DNA of 64,000 nt from Octopus vulgaris (Eukaryota): positions 58,218,001-58,282,000 of the forward strand of contig OX597814.1 of the NCBI GenBank assembly GCA_951406725.2, given 5' to 3'. The notes under the pieces were generated by a model. The model ran no database searches, had not been told where the DNA came from, and saw only the letters and a program-made list of their open reading frames with translations. Of this stretch, positions 1-14,251 are shown piece after piece. Position 1 is the stretch's first letter. The number at the start of each line of letters is the position of its first letter. The position numbers and the translations under genes were made by a program.

Positions 1-1613
1 GTGTGTCTTTGCAAATGTGTTGAAACCAGACTAAGAAAAGCATTTGACACACACACCAGAATGTGAGTTTTCTGTAAATTTTGCTTAATTGGAGTTTAAA
101 TTTTATAAACTGGACCTGGCATGACCCGATGCACCTTTTATAATAAGAGATACATGCGTACACACACACACATTTCTCCAGGGCAGACATGAATTTAAAG
201 GAAATAAATATTACGGAAAAAATTTACATTTGTCCAAATGTTTTATAATATTGTGTCTTATAGCATCTATCTCTGAAGGTACATTGTACGTTCAAGTATG
301 AAATTGGATTTGTGCGTTAAAGAAGTACTTCATATTTCTCCTATCTCCTCATGCAATGACCACCATTCTATTGCTGGAACAATCCCACTCTTACTCTATT
401 ATAAAGCACTGCAAGTTATCGTGCGTTGGGGTGGGGGTCGAATGTGTCTCTATTTGCCTGCATCTATAGAAACACCTTACAAAATTATCGATTCAAGTAT
501 AGCTTGCTCCCAACTAACGGATTGCTACACGTATGCCATCACCACTTCACATCTGCGATGGAAACGAAGTCTTATTTCTTCTTCACTCCTCTATGAAACA
601 TATACCTTAGCAATATATTTTAAACAAATTTACTTGCTATTAATAGAGAATATATTATGAAATAATTTGTACGTACAAGATATATTTAGATATTTCTATG
701 TTGCATTCTCCCTTGATGATGATCTTAGCATGAGAGTTTTCAGAAGTTTTGAAGTTGTAAGTTTTGAAATATTTAGGTGTGAATATATGTGGACACATTT
801 TTGAATTGTTTGTTTAGAAGTTATTTGGTTTTTTTTTCTTAATTCCCATTGAAACTTTGCTGAATTCCTGCTGCTGATTTCTTAACTTTATCCATATCGT
901 CATTTCTTATATATCAATATATTTTGTTATCTTATTGATTTCAAATTTCCAGAACACGTAACAATTCCAAAAATAACTACATATATCTCTATTTATCAAA
1001 TATTCTCAGACGCCTTGAAACACAATTCAAGATCAAAGATGATTTGAACCAAATGAAAAATAGAAACAAAAAGCCAAAAGATAAAAATGAAACAAACAAA
1101 AACATATGAAGTCAAATAGTTACTCAATTTCACAAAACAACATATCATATCAATATTCTATCAAAAACAATTGGACAGTTTTTTTTTGCGAAGTTTTATA
1201 TAATTGATGTTTGAAGAATAACGCCGTATTGTTATTGTATGATGTTGCAGTCTTCGTATAAGTTTTCATCCATTTTCATTTGCAACACACACAATTGCAC
1301 AAACAGAGCCCCCGGTTAGAGAGAATAAAAAGAAAATACTGAACAAAATTTAAGTCACCATATCTGACATTACCTGAGAATATATTCATAACACCACTTC
1401 TTTCCGCATTACCGTATTCAGACTGTCGTCCATATTTTGCTTATCTATCTGCCATCTGCCGGAGTGTAAATATAAATATATATATTTCGTTTTTGTATTT
1501 GGTTTATAAGATTCTTCATGGGAATTCGTGCGTCTGGGGAGAGTCATTCTCTTTCAGTGCCTTATTAATTTAATACACTCACTGATTTGCACTCATTTAC
1601 TTATTTACTGTTA

Positions 1614-1650
1614 CCAAAATGTTCGTTGCGACTTGCAGCCTTTTCAATAA
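1614..1650 (-). ncRNA. Degenerate minimal hammerhead-like motif (U3-A8 core variant)
   Basis: Minus strand reads tta-TTGAAAA-g-GCTGC-aagtc-GCAAC-GAAC-atttt-gg. Stem II is imperfect and GAAA has become GAAC. Sits in a small (TA)-flanked repeat. Confidence 0.35.
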
Positions 1651-1710
1651 TCGTTGATCCTGGACGTTATCGGAATTGCGTGTGCGTCAATGTGCGTGCA
1701 CATACACATA

Positions 1711-1744
<34 letters not shown>

Positions 1745-1935
1745 GATTTATGTATGTATGTGTGAATATATAATGTGTCCTTGTGTGAAGTGTACGTGTG
1801 TGGGTATGGTCATGTGTTTCGGTGTTCATTTGCATGTATATATGTGTTTACGTATGTGTTTGTGTCCCCGTCTGTCCATATTACCTAAGTACCTATCTAT
1901 CTGTAAATGTACCTCTCCATACGCTTATCCATTTA

Positions 1936-1970
<35 letters not shown>

Positions 1971-2025
1971 GCACACATAGATACACACACACAAACACGC
2001 CTACATTATGACCTACTAGCAACAC

Positions 2026-2063
2026 GAGGACAAATATCCGTCAAATGTAAATAATGTAAATAA
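2026..2063 (+). repeat. Solo 3' tail fragment of the tRNA-HHR element at 34.6-35.06 kb
   Basis: gaggacaaatatccgtcaaatgtaaataatgtaaataa matches about 34987-35025 and the reverse complement of about 34596-34628. Confidence 0.75.
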
Positions 2064-2088
2064 CATTACCCATCTGTTGTCATATATG

Positions 2089-2154
<66 letters not shown>

Positions 2155-3977
2155 TGTGTGCGCATGTGTGTATGAGAGTCAGAGTGAAATAGGAGGAAAG
2201 AAACTGAGAGATACAGACAGAGAATCAGACAGAAGCATTCACACATGTAGAGAGGATGTGAGGACTGCAGAAATCCTGGGAAGACCTTAGCACATGATGC
2301 AAAAGTCCTGGTTGAAAGGATGTCGAGTGTGGTGCATCCGAAAATCCGTAACAATTTTTTCATATATCATAGTGTAAGATTGCGATGAGACGAAACATAT
2401 AATGACGAAGGTGTTGCATAAATTTATTCTCTCTACGATCATTTCCACCGTTTCGTTAGGTTGGTGGAACTATTTGACAGCTACACACATTGGTTTGTAT
2501 ATATAAAATTCATATAAATCTGCACAATGTTCAATTAATTTATGAATGAAATAGTTTGCAATCTGCCTTCTTATCAGACCATAAGGTTATTATTAGAGTT
2601 ATAGACATCCCGTATTCCCATTTCCAAGATGGAATTTGTAGATAACATACATGTTATATTACATCCATTTGTAAATGAAATACTCCTTCGAATCTCCGAA
2701 AAAATAAGTTAATATGACTATCTATGAGCAATGAAAGAGTATTCATCATCAAGGGAGTATTTGAGATCCAAGCTTGTTCTCCAGTTTCCAAATTCTAAAT
2801 AGATATTCTCTCATCATAAAATACACATTGCGAAACCCTCATCAATTCTTGCTATGAATGTTACTCGCATACCTAACAGCCGATCGTAAAAATTCACATG
2901 GTCTCTAGCGTTATAATTTCATGTTAACTAATAGTGACACTCCATTTTTTCAAATAATTTTCTAACACTCTGGAATCTACTCCAAACACTAAAGACATGC
3001 GACACAGTGCTTCAGTTAGAAATTTAAGATAGCTTTAAATCTGTTAACATTTGAATTAGTTTACTTCGATTTAAATTTTAAAGATTTAACCTTTACTTTC
3101 CAAACATTTTTCTCTTTCCTTCTTGTTGACAACAACCTGTAGGTTTACCATAGAACTTGTTTGCCAATATTTGAGATTGCACTTGGTGGTAGCCATCTCT
3201 GATATCTTGTACCATGTCAATTTGTTTTGTTGCTATTTCCAAACAACATTGTATAATCACCTCATTTGCTTTGGTTATATCTCCCACAATATTCCTTAGT
3301 TCTAGATTAACGAGATGTTTCACATGAAACCGTATGCAGCAGATATGCTCTTTCAACATGAAACGTTCAGTGCATAATGGTGATGCATAGGCACCCACAA
3401 TTTAAATATTTCTTACCTACTTAAAAATACTATAACTGAAACAATAACCCGCTCTACTCATTATCAAAATGTACCACAATGAAATGTTATTCATTTGCCG
3501 ACTCTACTTCTATGACAAAGATTTTTTTAATGAAAGTTATTGCTCTCCTTTATTTGCGCATTGCACTCATACTGAATCTCACTCATTAGATACTATTTTA
3601 CTTTCACCAATTCCTTCCTAATTCTTGATTTCATTCCTACTTACCTATATTCTATTTGCACATGTATTTCCCTACATCGCTGTCACCTTTCCATTATGGG
3701 TGCTGTATATTGTTACTGAAGCATATAAACTTCACTACTTACAATACAATGTTTCTTTGTGGAGTTTAGAGAAAAAGAAATTCCACCTCTTGTAGGCAAC
3801 TGAAATGCATAGGTTAAATATATATCGGAAAACATGGGAAATATGATATTGCTATTGCATCTCTTCAAAGAAATTATTACGATAGCTCAAATGCATTTGC
3901 TTACAATTGTAAGCAACGTGTCAAATGTCTGTGGCCGATGTTATCAATTAACTACAACTTAGCATACAGATTACAGA

Positions 3978-4290
3978 AGGCGCATGGTTTAGCGGTTAGA
4001 GCGTCGGGTTCACAATCCTGTGGTAGTGAGTTCGATTCCCGGACCAGGTTGTGTGTTGTGTTTTTGAGCGAGAGACTTTTTTGATCCAGCTCACTCAACT
4101 GTAGAAATAAGTTGCGACGTCACTGGTGCCTAGTTGTATCGGACTTTGCGTTTCTCTTGAATAACATCGGTGGCATGGAAAGTTGAGGCAGTATGCATGG
4201 GCTATTGCTGGTCTTCCATAAACAACCTTGCTCGGACTTGAACCTCGGAGGAAAACTTTCTCGATGTAATTCCATGGTCATTCACTTAAC
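3978..4290 (+). mobile_element. tRNA-derived SINE with CORE-like central domain
   Basis: A-box TGGTTTAGCGG and B-box GAGTTCGATTCC, followed by ttgtgtttttgagcgagagacttt...ctcactcaactgtagaaataag. A diverged relative lies at about 10525-10800. Confidence 0.75.
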
Positions 4291-5445
4291 CTTTTTAGCA
4301 TAAAATTAAGCTACTAACTATAATGTCTCTAGAAAGGATTCAGTATAGTGTTTACTAATCGGCTTGAAACGGGGTGGGGAATATGAAACAGAGAAGTTAA
4401 AATAGGGGCTAGCATATGTTAAATGATACATTGAGTAATCAATAGATTGAGCCTATAGTTGAGAAAACAGCATGGTAATACAATATTACTACGAAGTTGA
4501 TACTATTTAAGTACGATTGCTGTAAATAAGTTTCTGTTGATGTTTCTATTAAAAGATATGCCATTACATAGACATTTCGATGTGCCCACCTGTACCAGAA
4601 AGCAAATCAATATACTTTTATTGGGAATCAATTATTTATTAAAAGAATCTTAACTATTCACAGAACATATTCGGCTGCATATGACTCCACTTTTTATCGA
4701 TAAAATTCCAAAGCTTTAGATCAAATCAGAATTATAGTAAAAAAAAGCCACTATCATAAAAAATACACGATAAGATAAAAATATTTGTAGTATAGATTCT
4801 TACTTTGCCTTAAGCTCATGCATTATACACGGTCGTAGACACATCAATATGACATACACAGACATATCCAAATATATATGCAAACAATCGCAGGAGCATA
4901 TCCCACCATGTGTAAATATATAAAGTTTTGAATAACTAAATCACCTTATATCCTAATAAAATCTTTTGAACCATAATATTATTCTGCTTTCAGAATGATT
5001 TAATAAGAGGCTTTCTTCCGCATAATTTTTCGATATAGCTTCCGTATTAGAATACATCAAGTGAGGACACGTTATTCAGTAAGTTTCAAATCAAAGTGTA
5101 CTTAAAACTCACAGTAATTCTATTCATGTAAAAGATTGATGCTGTTGATTTTTACAAATCCCTGCCTTACTGTATCCCTTTTCTTCCGTGAGATGTCTAA
5201 TGCGCATTAATTCGGCAATGATATCTAAATAAGCATTCATATACTTTACAATATTACCTATGCTAACAAGACAGCGATATACAACTACAGGGTATATATT
5301 TATATATAAATAGAGTAAACTCTTGTGATTTACATGTCTAACTTACAAATGCTATTGAAATGCATTCAGTTACAGCTCGGATCTTCTTTAGATTGAGGCA
5401 ACGGTAGTTTTTAACCTATATTGAATGTACTCGCTTAAAGAAGTA

Positions 5446-5494
5446 TAATAATAAAATAATAATAGTAACAGTAGTAGTAGTAGTGGTAGTAGTA

Positions 5495-5553
<59 letters not shown>

Positions 5554-5597
5554 AAGAAGAAGAATGATGATAATAATAATAATAATAATAATATATG

Positions 5598-5642
<45 letters not shown>
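5446..5642. repeat. Compound microsatellite (TAG)(TAA)(GAA)(TAA)(TA)
   Basis: Direct reading of the sequence. Confidence 0.95.
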
Positions 5643-5643
<1 letters not shown>

Positions 5644-6074
5644 TCATATACACACAACATAGCTTCCTCTTAGGCAACAGCACGTGCGTAAATATGTAAA
5701 CAAAGCAATAATTATACACGAAAACTTCAAACCAGTGAGTAAAATTGTTAAATTTTAAATTCTAAATTTTACTCTCATATACATCCATATTTATACAAAA
5801 CCTCTCTATACATGCACATTGCTGTTTCTTATCGATCTCTCGCTGATACATTAATAATAATTATATCTACGAAACATCAACACATGTCCATGGGCGGTGT
5901 TCAGTTAAAAATGTAAACACTGTAGAAACGAAGCCATATCAAAACCCAACCACAAAAGGAAAATCGCTCGGCAAATGATCATAGATACTAATAAATAGTT
6001 GATTTATGATTTACACACACTACAATGCAACTCTCCTCCAAACACATACAGGAATAAACCTAATACTGCATCGG

Positions 6075-7110
6075 CAGATAATAGAGTAAGGAGGAGGAAG
6101 TGAACCAGCGAAGAAAGCATGATAGTGATGCAGTGCTACTTAGAAAGTGAACTTAAAAGAAGGGGCTATAGAAAAGGGATGTTAACACTTTGGGTAAAGA
6201 AGAGCATGTTTAAAGTGACTTGACTGAGCAGAGATTAGCAGGTCAAGTTAATACTATTAGGAGAAGATAGTGGAAGACAGAATTAGATGTAAAAGATATC
6301 ACCAAAGAACTGGAAAAGAAAGACCAGACAGTAGGAAAAGCAAGCAACAACATACGAGATATAACTTAAACCAAAGAAGTACCTAAAGGAAAAAAAAAAC
6401 TAATAATAACAGTACCAATACGGAAGGGACAACTGGAATCAGCGACTTCAGGGGTTTAAGTGAGGAAAATCAGAAAATTTTAGACGAGTTGTAAGAAGTA
6501 ATGCGTAAAAAAGTAAGAAAAAGATTGCCAATATTAAAAGGCACTAACAGAAGGAAGGTTCTAGAAATGACTAGGAAAGTAGATTCTGTTATCAATAGGA
6601 CACATGCTAAAAATATGGCAGGCACTATCTTACTCATCTATGTCGGGGGGGGGGGGGGCAGTCGTCATTAGAAGATTAGATATCTCTCGAGGAAAGATGA
6701 AGAAAGAGCAAATGTGTGGTAAAGGAGACTACAAAATAAAGTGAAATCTTTAAGACAAGATCTGAGTAAAATAGAAGCCTGGAAACTGAATAATTTAGGG
6801 AAAAGATTTGGGACAGTGATATAAGAGTTGAAACAGCATACAATAACAGGCACGTTCTCCAGATGTCAGAAAAGAATAGATCACTATCCACACAATAGAT
6901 TATTTGAGACAGGCCAGAAGAGATTTTATAACCAAATAAATAGTGGAGAACGAAGTACTGAAGATAAGAAAACTAATACAGAAGAAGCTAGAAAGTTCTG
7001 GAGTAATATTTTGGATAAGCCAGTCAATCATAATGGATATGCAGTATCATTGAAGAAAGTAAGGGAAGAAGTAGTGAGTGAGAAGCAGCTAGATCTCTAG
7101 CTATAAGCAC
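6075..7110 (+). mobile_element. Decayed N-terminal part of an R4/Dong-type RLE retrotransposon ORF
   Basis: Translated pieces YRKGMLTLW, TEQRLAGQVNTIRRR, HNRLFETGQKRFYNQI and EEARKFWSNI parallel the pre-RT region of the 13.4-17.6 kb element (e.g. EEFWKKVWSN). Many stops and frameshifts. Confidence 0.7.
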
Positions 7111-10100
7111 TTTCTTAGCTATGTCTTGTACATTGAAAACTTGAAATTGGGATAACTGTTAAAAGCGAGTATTTCATTAGCATTTAGTCTTATATTTGAA
7201 TATACCTTCTAGCATCTTAATCTTATTTTCATGTATTAATTTGGTAATCTCTTTGAACATTACGAATTTAATACTTCAAATTGAGATCGATAATGAACTG
7301 ACTCCAGAAAAGACCAGCTTTTTATTAGCTTTAACACAGTATTTTAATACCTCCATTGTCAAATATTCTAGTTCAGTCAGAGAGATATATCACTTAGACC
7401 AGTGATCATCAGACTTTGAATAAAATAACATCGATTTACTACTGTCCTTTTTAAATCTTAGCTAAAAACTTTGCATACCCAGCAGAAAGCAATTGAAATT
7501 GCTGTAATTGTCCTCGCACAATCTACAGAACTCAAGGTGATATATTGAATTTACGTACCATAAGGTTCTAGATCCACATGCTAAGAAACTTTCTATTGTA
7601 CTTATGCTTCTATTGAGGTAAGAAACAAGCGAAATTCCCGTGTTTCCGTAATTTTCACGCAAATTCTCTGCTTAGTAATAATATGATCTACAGCAATAAA
7701 GCGTGATTCTATAATATACGAATTTAGGAAATAACTACTCTATTAGGTATTTTAAAAATGGTTGGATATAAGAGGTGGCGTGATTCTGTCGTAAGAAGCT
7801 TGCTTCCCAACTAAATGTTTCCGGGTTCAGTCCACTGCATGACGCCTTGGGCAAGTGTCTTCTACCATATCTTTTATCTTGAAACTAATTCAGGATAAAA
7901 GATAGAGTAAGTTATGTAATTTAAAAAAAAAACAAATTTCTATAAATCTCTGTATGTCTTTGTATTCCTACCACTGCAGAAATGGTATTTGTTTTCATCA
8001 ACATATTTAAGTTATAGTTAATTTTTGATATATAATTTTAGCACCAGCAATACCTGCATTATATGAATTCTCATCCACTTTTATGCCCTCAAGTTCAAAA
8101 TATTACTGACTCATTCTCCTAACGAAATTTGAGTTGGCTGAAGTGACTACTGAACATTTCAATCCCTTCAAGTTGCACATAAGGCTAAGTTGACTCTGAT
8201 TCCGACAAATTGTCTGCATTCTCTTTTTAGAACATGATGACGAAGAATGTAAAATTTTCTATGAATAATAAAACAATCATTTTGAAATTTATTAAAATAT
8301 TATTTAGTTCGTTTGATATGCATGTTAATCCCATTAAATTCTTTGAATGTGCCTCCCAAATTAACAGAATCATATTTATTGCTTTTAATTATTGTTGACA
8401 GTGTCCAAACCGAATTTCATAAATTATATTTCCCTCAACGAAATGAATTAAATATACACCTTCTCACGGTGAATGAACTACGTGTGCAGCAGCAATCTAA
8501 TATTTCCTCATCGTTGTGGTAACACATTTGTCGAAAGATCTTATCCCTTTTAACTTTAAACTTGATGTCCTTTACATAATAATTAAATTTAATGTTGATT
8601 GTAGATGTGTACTCAAACGTGTCCCTACATATATTGTCTATGGCCTACACAATGAATGAACAAACTTTTGGGTAACTCCTTCCTTCAAAACAGCAACGAA
8701 ATTTCGATAGACAGTTATCACTTATGATGCTGCATCAATACAATGCGACAATATTGTTGAAGCAGATATCATTATTTCGGATGTTATGATCTTATATTAA
8801 TATGTATTGACACTCGTTTTGTATCTCTAATAAAATTTGTAAGGAATCGGTTTCGTCTAGCAATAAACTGTTTTACCCAAAGGACCGTCCATATGCAATT
8901 AATAAAGTATTATTATCTGCAACGGTAGATTTATTCACCTGCATAGACAATATGAATTTTGAAGAATAGATAAAAGTTTATTTTCAATTTAATCAAGCTG
9001 TAATGTTTTCATAACTTCCAATGAATCATAACATTTAACTGCAGAAATAACGTCTCTGATACAAAGTGTTGTCAAAGTTTAACCAATTATGATAAATGTG
9101 AAGGTGCAGTCAATAAATCTTTGTTCTTTGAACCTTGTTTCTTAAAATGACGTAGGCTTATAAAGTAATTTTAAATCATAAATAGCGTTTACAAAATATT
9201 CAATGTACTTGTGGTACTCTATTAAATATTTTATTAATAAGTTGTTGTAATCGATCTGGTTTCATAACTTCGTTAGAAGTCATGTAACTGACGAAAGAAG
9301 TTGTAAGTTGCTTCTTCGTAATACATTCGGTCATACCTACATATCTTCAGGCAGTCTTGTAAGCAGTTATGATTGTATTACACTTTTTTCGAGACTAAGT
9401 TTTAATATGTTAGCTTAAATTATTCGAAAATCTCATCACAATAACACGACAAAAATATAGCAAACAACAAAAACAACATGAACAATAGCAGCAGCAGCAA
9501 CCATAACAAATAAATTTTGCAAACAAAAATAACGCACATTTGATGTGTATTTTTATTCATGAATCGCCTAACTCAATCAATATTAAATTTGATTTAACCT
9601 CACTCTAATTGACCTAATCTAAATTAAATCTTACATACATAAAGAAAGATGAAATGCTTAATGACATAGCCTGTTAAACGCATAAATATATATCTAGATG
9701 TTGATACAAGAATTATATGCGGATTGTGAGTAGATATATCTATCATTCTAAATCTAGATTAACTTAACTAATAAAGTACCGCATTAAAAATTAAAATATT
9801 ATCACATTAAATATATATGAGAAAACATTTTCCGCGGAACATCTTCATGGAAAAAAATGTAAGTAATAATTTCAATACAACGTCTATGTTATAAAACTTA
9901 CAATGTTATAGACTAGAGATTGATATGGCCAATAATAAAATAGGATTAATACGAAATGAAAATAGCCTATGGAAATAGGAAATAGAATGACGTGTGTCTG
10001 GTAAATTTAATCAAACTGCATATTATATTAATGCACATGTCACCATTGTTCAGAATATAGCACAAGTTAAAGATTCCCAGCATACACATATAGAGTATTG

Positions 10101-10524
10101 AAAATATATAGCAACGAGTAACAAAAAATCTCAAATTTTACAACGGAAACCATCAAATATGAATCATTTGGAATTTATTCAAAAGAGAGATAACTTCATG
10201 ATTATTTATTGTCAGCCGCATGACAGAGGCCTAATAAATTAAGATTCTTATTCAAGAATAGGGCACTTTCAAAATAGAGACCTATTATTTCGTGTAATTC
10301 ACCCAAACACACTAAAGAAGATGGAATTCATTGTGGTTGGAGGCATGAACTAAGAACAAGAACTCTACAGCAAAATGCCCTATCTATCGCGAGTTAAATT
10401 AGATTTTTAAAAAATTGGGAAAAATTAGCGATTCATATCAATGGACAGTATAATCCTTCATATCGTGTAATAAGTGATTAGAACCACTAACGACAATAGA
10501 AACAGATATACAAAAGCGAGTTTC

Positions 10525-10800
10525 TTAGCATTTGGTTCTAGTGATTAGGCTGTCGTACTCATGATCATAAGGTCGTGATTTCCATTTCACGACCGGTAGT
10601 GCATTGTGTACTTGAGTAAAACACTCCGTTTCACAGTTGTGAGTTTACTTCGACATCGGACGTGTGGAATGTGTAGAGTATTGTACACTCAAATAGGCAA
10701 TATTGATCCGAGGGACGGAATGAACTAATGTACAGCGCAAATATTTGATCACTGAACAAATCCTCTGTAATTGTTGTTCAACAAAAATTTATGACTGCAG
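10525..10800 (+). mobile_element. Diverged tRNA/CORE-type SINE
   Basis: Degenerate similarity to the 3978-4290 head (ggttctagtgattagg...gcattgtgtacttgagtaaaacact). Confidence 0.5.
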
Positions 10801-11995
10801 AGTCCACTACCATATTATACGCCTGGATACAGACAAATGCATTGTCTCTTATCTGTAGCCTCTTTATCACAAGTATATTTAAGCTTAAGTCTTAAATCGT
10901 CTGAAAATGAGCGTTGACGAGCCATGGATTATATTAGTAAATTGAACAATTGTGAAATAGCATTATTACTATTGTGGTAGTGGATAAATTAACTAACTCT
11001 TACACATTTCTTTTGCATCTTATCATTATTCAACAAGTATAAAACACTGGTGATGTTACACTGTGATTGCGCAGCCGCTGCGTACAGCGGTTTATTTTTT
11101 TAACCTGATGTATTTTGAACAAAATGGATCATACGCTTAAGGCACTTTAGTATTTTCATCATTAACAGAACCTTTGACGGGAAATCAAGGATCTCCTGAC
11201 AACCACTCAACTTTACAATTGCAGATACTGCACTTCATATCACACTGCACTAAAAGGCATTTTGCCAATTCGATTTTTATTTCTTCACCTTTTTATAAAG
11301 AATGAAAAGAAGAAAAAATAAAACATGTTGATTAAAATCTTTAAGTGAAATATTAAGAAATTTCCTTGTCAAAATTATATTGAAGTAAGGAGAGTTAATG
11401 CTATTCCGTAGCTTTATTGTGACAATGATTGATTAAACATAAGAATGGATCTAAAGTATCCAAAACGTTTTCAGTTAATATCCGAAAACAACCTGTTAAA
11501 TCCAGTACCACCGTGTTTAATCAGTCTTTGATCACTCCTTGTACGATTCAGTTGTCAACTGGAGAGAAAACATCATCACAGTGTATAATTAAACATCTAA
11601 TCATTTTGTATCATCATCAGAAGCTCAATCAATGTCAGAAGTTTAATATTCTTAACATGGAAAGAAGGAGATTAATCAGACAAATTCTTAATGTTACTTT
11701 TGAATTGTCAATTTAATAGGAAAACAATTTGTAATTGTGAGCAACTCTCATTATAAGAAGATCAATTTTCTGAATGTCATTGAGAGATCTCCTTCGTAGA
11801 TACACAATTAAAAAGCGATGTGTTGGGTGAGACTATATAAATTAAGTTATGAGCTTAGTTCCTGCCCAGATCAACTTTGCATTTCATATTTCAGGGTGTC
11901 GATAAAATAGGGTTATAATCAAAAAATAATTTCGATTTAATCGTTAAAACTTCGCCCTAAATTTGAGAGCTCTTGCCTATGGAGGAAACAACGTA

Positions 11996-12247
<252 letters not shown>

Positions 12248-12665
12248 ACTTTGCACAGCTTCTAACGCTGGAGATGTGCAAAGGTGTTAGCTGTTCACTA
12301 CCAGTGAAATAAGGTAACACCTCTAATTTTTCGAGCACCTTCCGGAGTATTTGAGTGGTTTCAAGCAGTGCTGTTTTCTCTAAGTGCTCCACCTTTATTG
12401 CAGCCCCTATTTGCTCTATGTACATCTCAAGATTTTTACTCACTGTTTCCAGGGCTCCGACAATTATTGGTACTACCACCACCTTTTTCATCGACCGTAA
12501 CTGCTTAATCTCCCAAGCTAACCTATCATATCTATCGACTTTTCTTTCTACCTTATCACATAACTTGTCAGCTGGGCATGCTATATCTATGATCCAGCAT
12601 AGATTGCCTTCTTTCTCATTTAAGACTATGTTTAGCTCCCTATTCTCTATCTCACTGCGACCATG
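12248..12665 (-). mobile_element. 3' fragment of an R4/Dong-type element (RLE endonuclease C-terminus and 3' UTR)
   Basis: ORF piece VVVVPIIVGALETVSKNLEMYIEQIG...LEKTALLETTQILRKVL is homologous to TVPVIVGALGMIKK...IQKIVLTSTAHILRKTL. Ends in (TAA)n on the minus strand. Confidence 0.85.
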
Positions 12666-12685
12666 AGACTATTAATATTATTAGA

Positions 12686-12820
12686 CATTCTTCTTCTTCT
12701 TCTTCGTCTTCTTCTTCTTCTTCTTCTTCTTCTTCTTCTTCTTCTTCTTCTTCTTCTTCTTCTTCTTCTTCTTCTTGTTCTTTTTCTTCTTCTTCTTCTT
12801 CTTCTTCTTCTTCTTCTTCT
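12686..12820. repeat. (CTT)n microsatellite
   Basis: Direct reading; reads (GAA)n just 3' of the 12830-13392 fragment. Confidence 0.95.
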
Positions 12821-12829
12821 CGTTATCTA

Positions 12830-13392
12830 TTCTTTTCAGCTATCTAATACTTTCTTGATTATTCTATCCGTGCCAAGGAGGCAAACATTTTGTTGTAGTT
12901 CTACAGGGGAATCTATTCCAATTTCCTTTATATTCTCCTTGATGCCTTCTGAAAATGTTCCCAAGGACCCAGCAAAAATTGTCTCTATCTTCACCTTCTT
13001 CATTTTCCACAGCCGGGCTATTTCGTACTTAAGTGGATTGTGCTAATCTATCTTTTCGCCTTCCTTCTTGACTATCCCTGAGTCAAAGGAGCATGCAACA
13101 TCAACTATATTACATATGTGACGCATCTTGACCGCCACCCACCAGGTCTGGTCTGTTATGCTCTAGCACTTGATCTCTTTGGATTGAGAAATCCCAGAGG
13201 ATTTTGCTAGCATCCCACTACGGTGCCCCTCTGCGCTTAGTGCTCATACCATATCTTGCCTCTCTGTAGCCCCCCCCATCCCTTTTAGCACAGTTTCCAA
13301 TATAGCACTTTCGCTACTTGATCCTGTCGCCACAACTTGTAGTGGTTTTGGGCAAGTCTAGGGCATTCTTTCGCGATATGGGGAATGCTTTC
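12830..13392 (-). mobile_element. 3' fragment of a second R4/Dong-like family (zinc-knuckle end and RLE domain)
   Basis: Minus strand gives ECPRLAQNHYKLWRQDQVAKVLYWKLC...WYEH...ILWDFSIQ. Same family as 52960-53470. Confidence 0.8.
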
Positions 13393-13582
13393 ATTATTAT
13401 CATTATTATCATTATTATTATTATCATTGTCATTTACTTTTAATCTGCATGTTTGATGCAATCACCTGCCGGGGCACACCCAGCGCCCTAGGGCAAGTGA
13501 AGGTTAAGAGTTGTTGAAATATAGCTGAAAGCTTAGGGAGGGGAAGTAGAGATATATCTCCATGTAATGCAAACACAAACAT

Positions 13583-14251
13583 TTACATTGATAGGGTTTT
13601 TCTAAGGATGTGGGCAGTACTTGTTAGCACAATCTTTTGGATTTCCTTGAGACATGGTTTTCCAGGGATATTGTCTAGGTGTTTCTGACATCCCTTTTTT
13701 ATCATACCTAGGGCACCTACAATAACAGGAACAGTTTTTGTTTTAAGATTCCACATCCTCTGTATTTCGATTTCCAGGTCCTTATATTTACTAAGTTTGT
13801 CAAATTCCTTGACAGATATATTTTTATCAGTGGGGACGCTTACTTCTATTAGTCTGCAGGTATTTTCTTCCCCGTCTTTAACAATTATGTCTGGTCGATT
13901 AGCCTTGATCGTTCTGTCAGTGTTGACTGGAAAATCCCAGAGCATGGTGACATCTTTACCTTCAACAACTGGCTGAGGATGGTGTTCATACCAGTTAGCA
14001 GGAGTGTCGGATTTGTAGTGTTTACATATCTTCCAATGTATATACTGTCCTACCCTATCGTGGCGATTTTTGTATTCGTTTGGTGTCAGCACAGGACATC
14101 CCGAAACGAGATGGTCTATCGTTTCGTCAAATGTGTCGCAGAATCTGCATTTAGGGTCAGTACCGTTTCGGAGAACGTTAGCCTGGTAATTTCTGGTAAA
14201 CAAGCTTTGATCTTGTGCTGCCATTATGAAGCCTTCAGTCTCTGCTTTCAA
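13583..14251 (-). pseudogene. CCHC zinc knuckle and PD-(D/E)xK restriction-like endonuclease domain
   Basis: CRFC...ETIDHLVSGC, RHDRV, RPDIIV, LIEVSVP, KLSKYKDL. In frame with the RT ORF and separated from it by one TGA. Confidence 0.92.

Noticed and set aside
7385-7415. CTGATGA-TCAC...GTGA on the minus strand
   Set aside because: No GAAA or stem III follows; probably chance.
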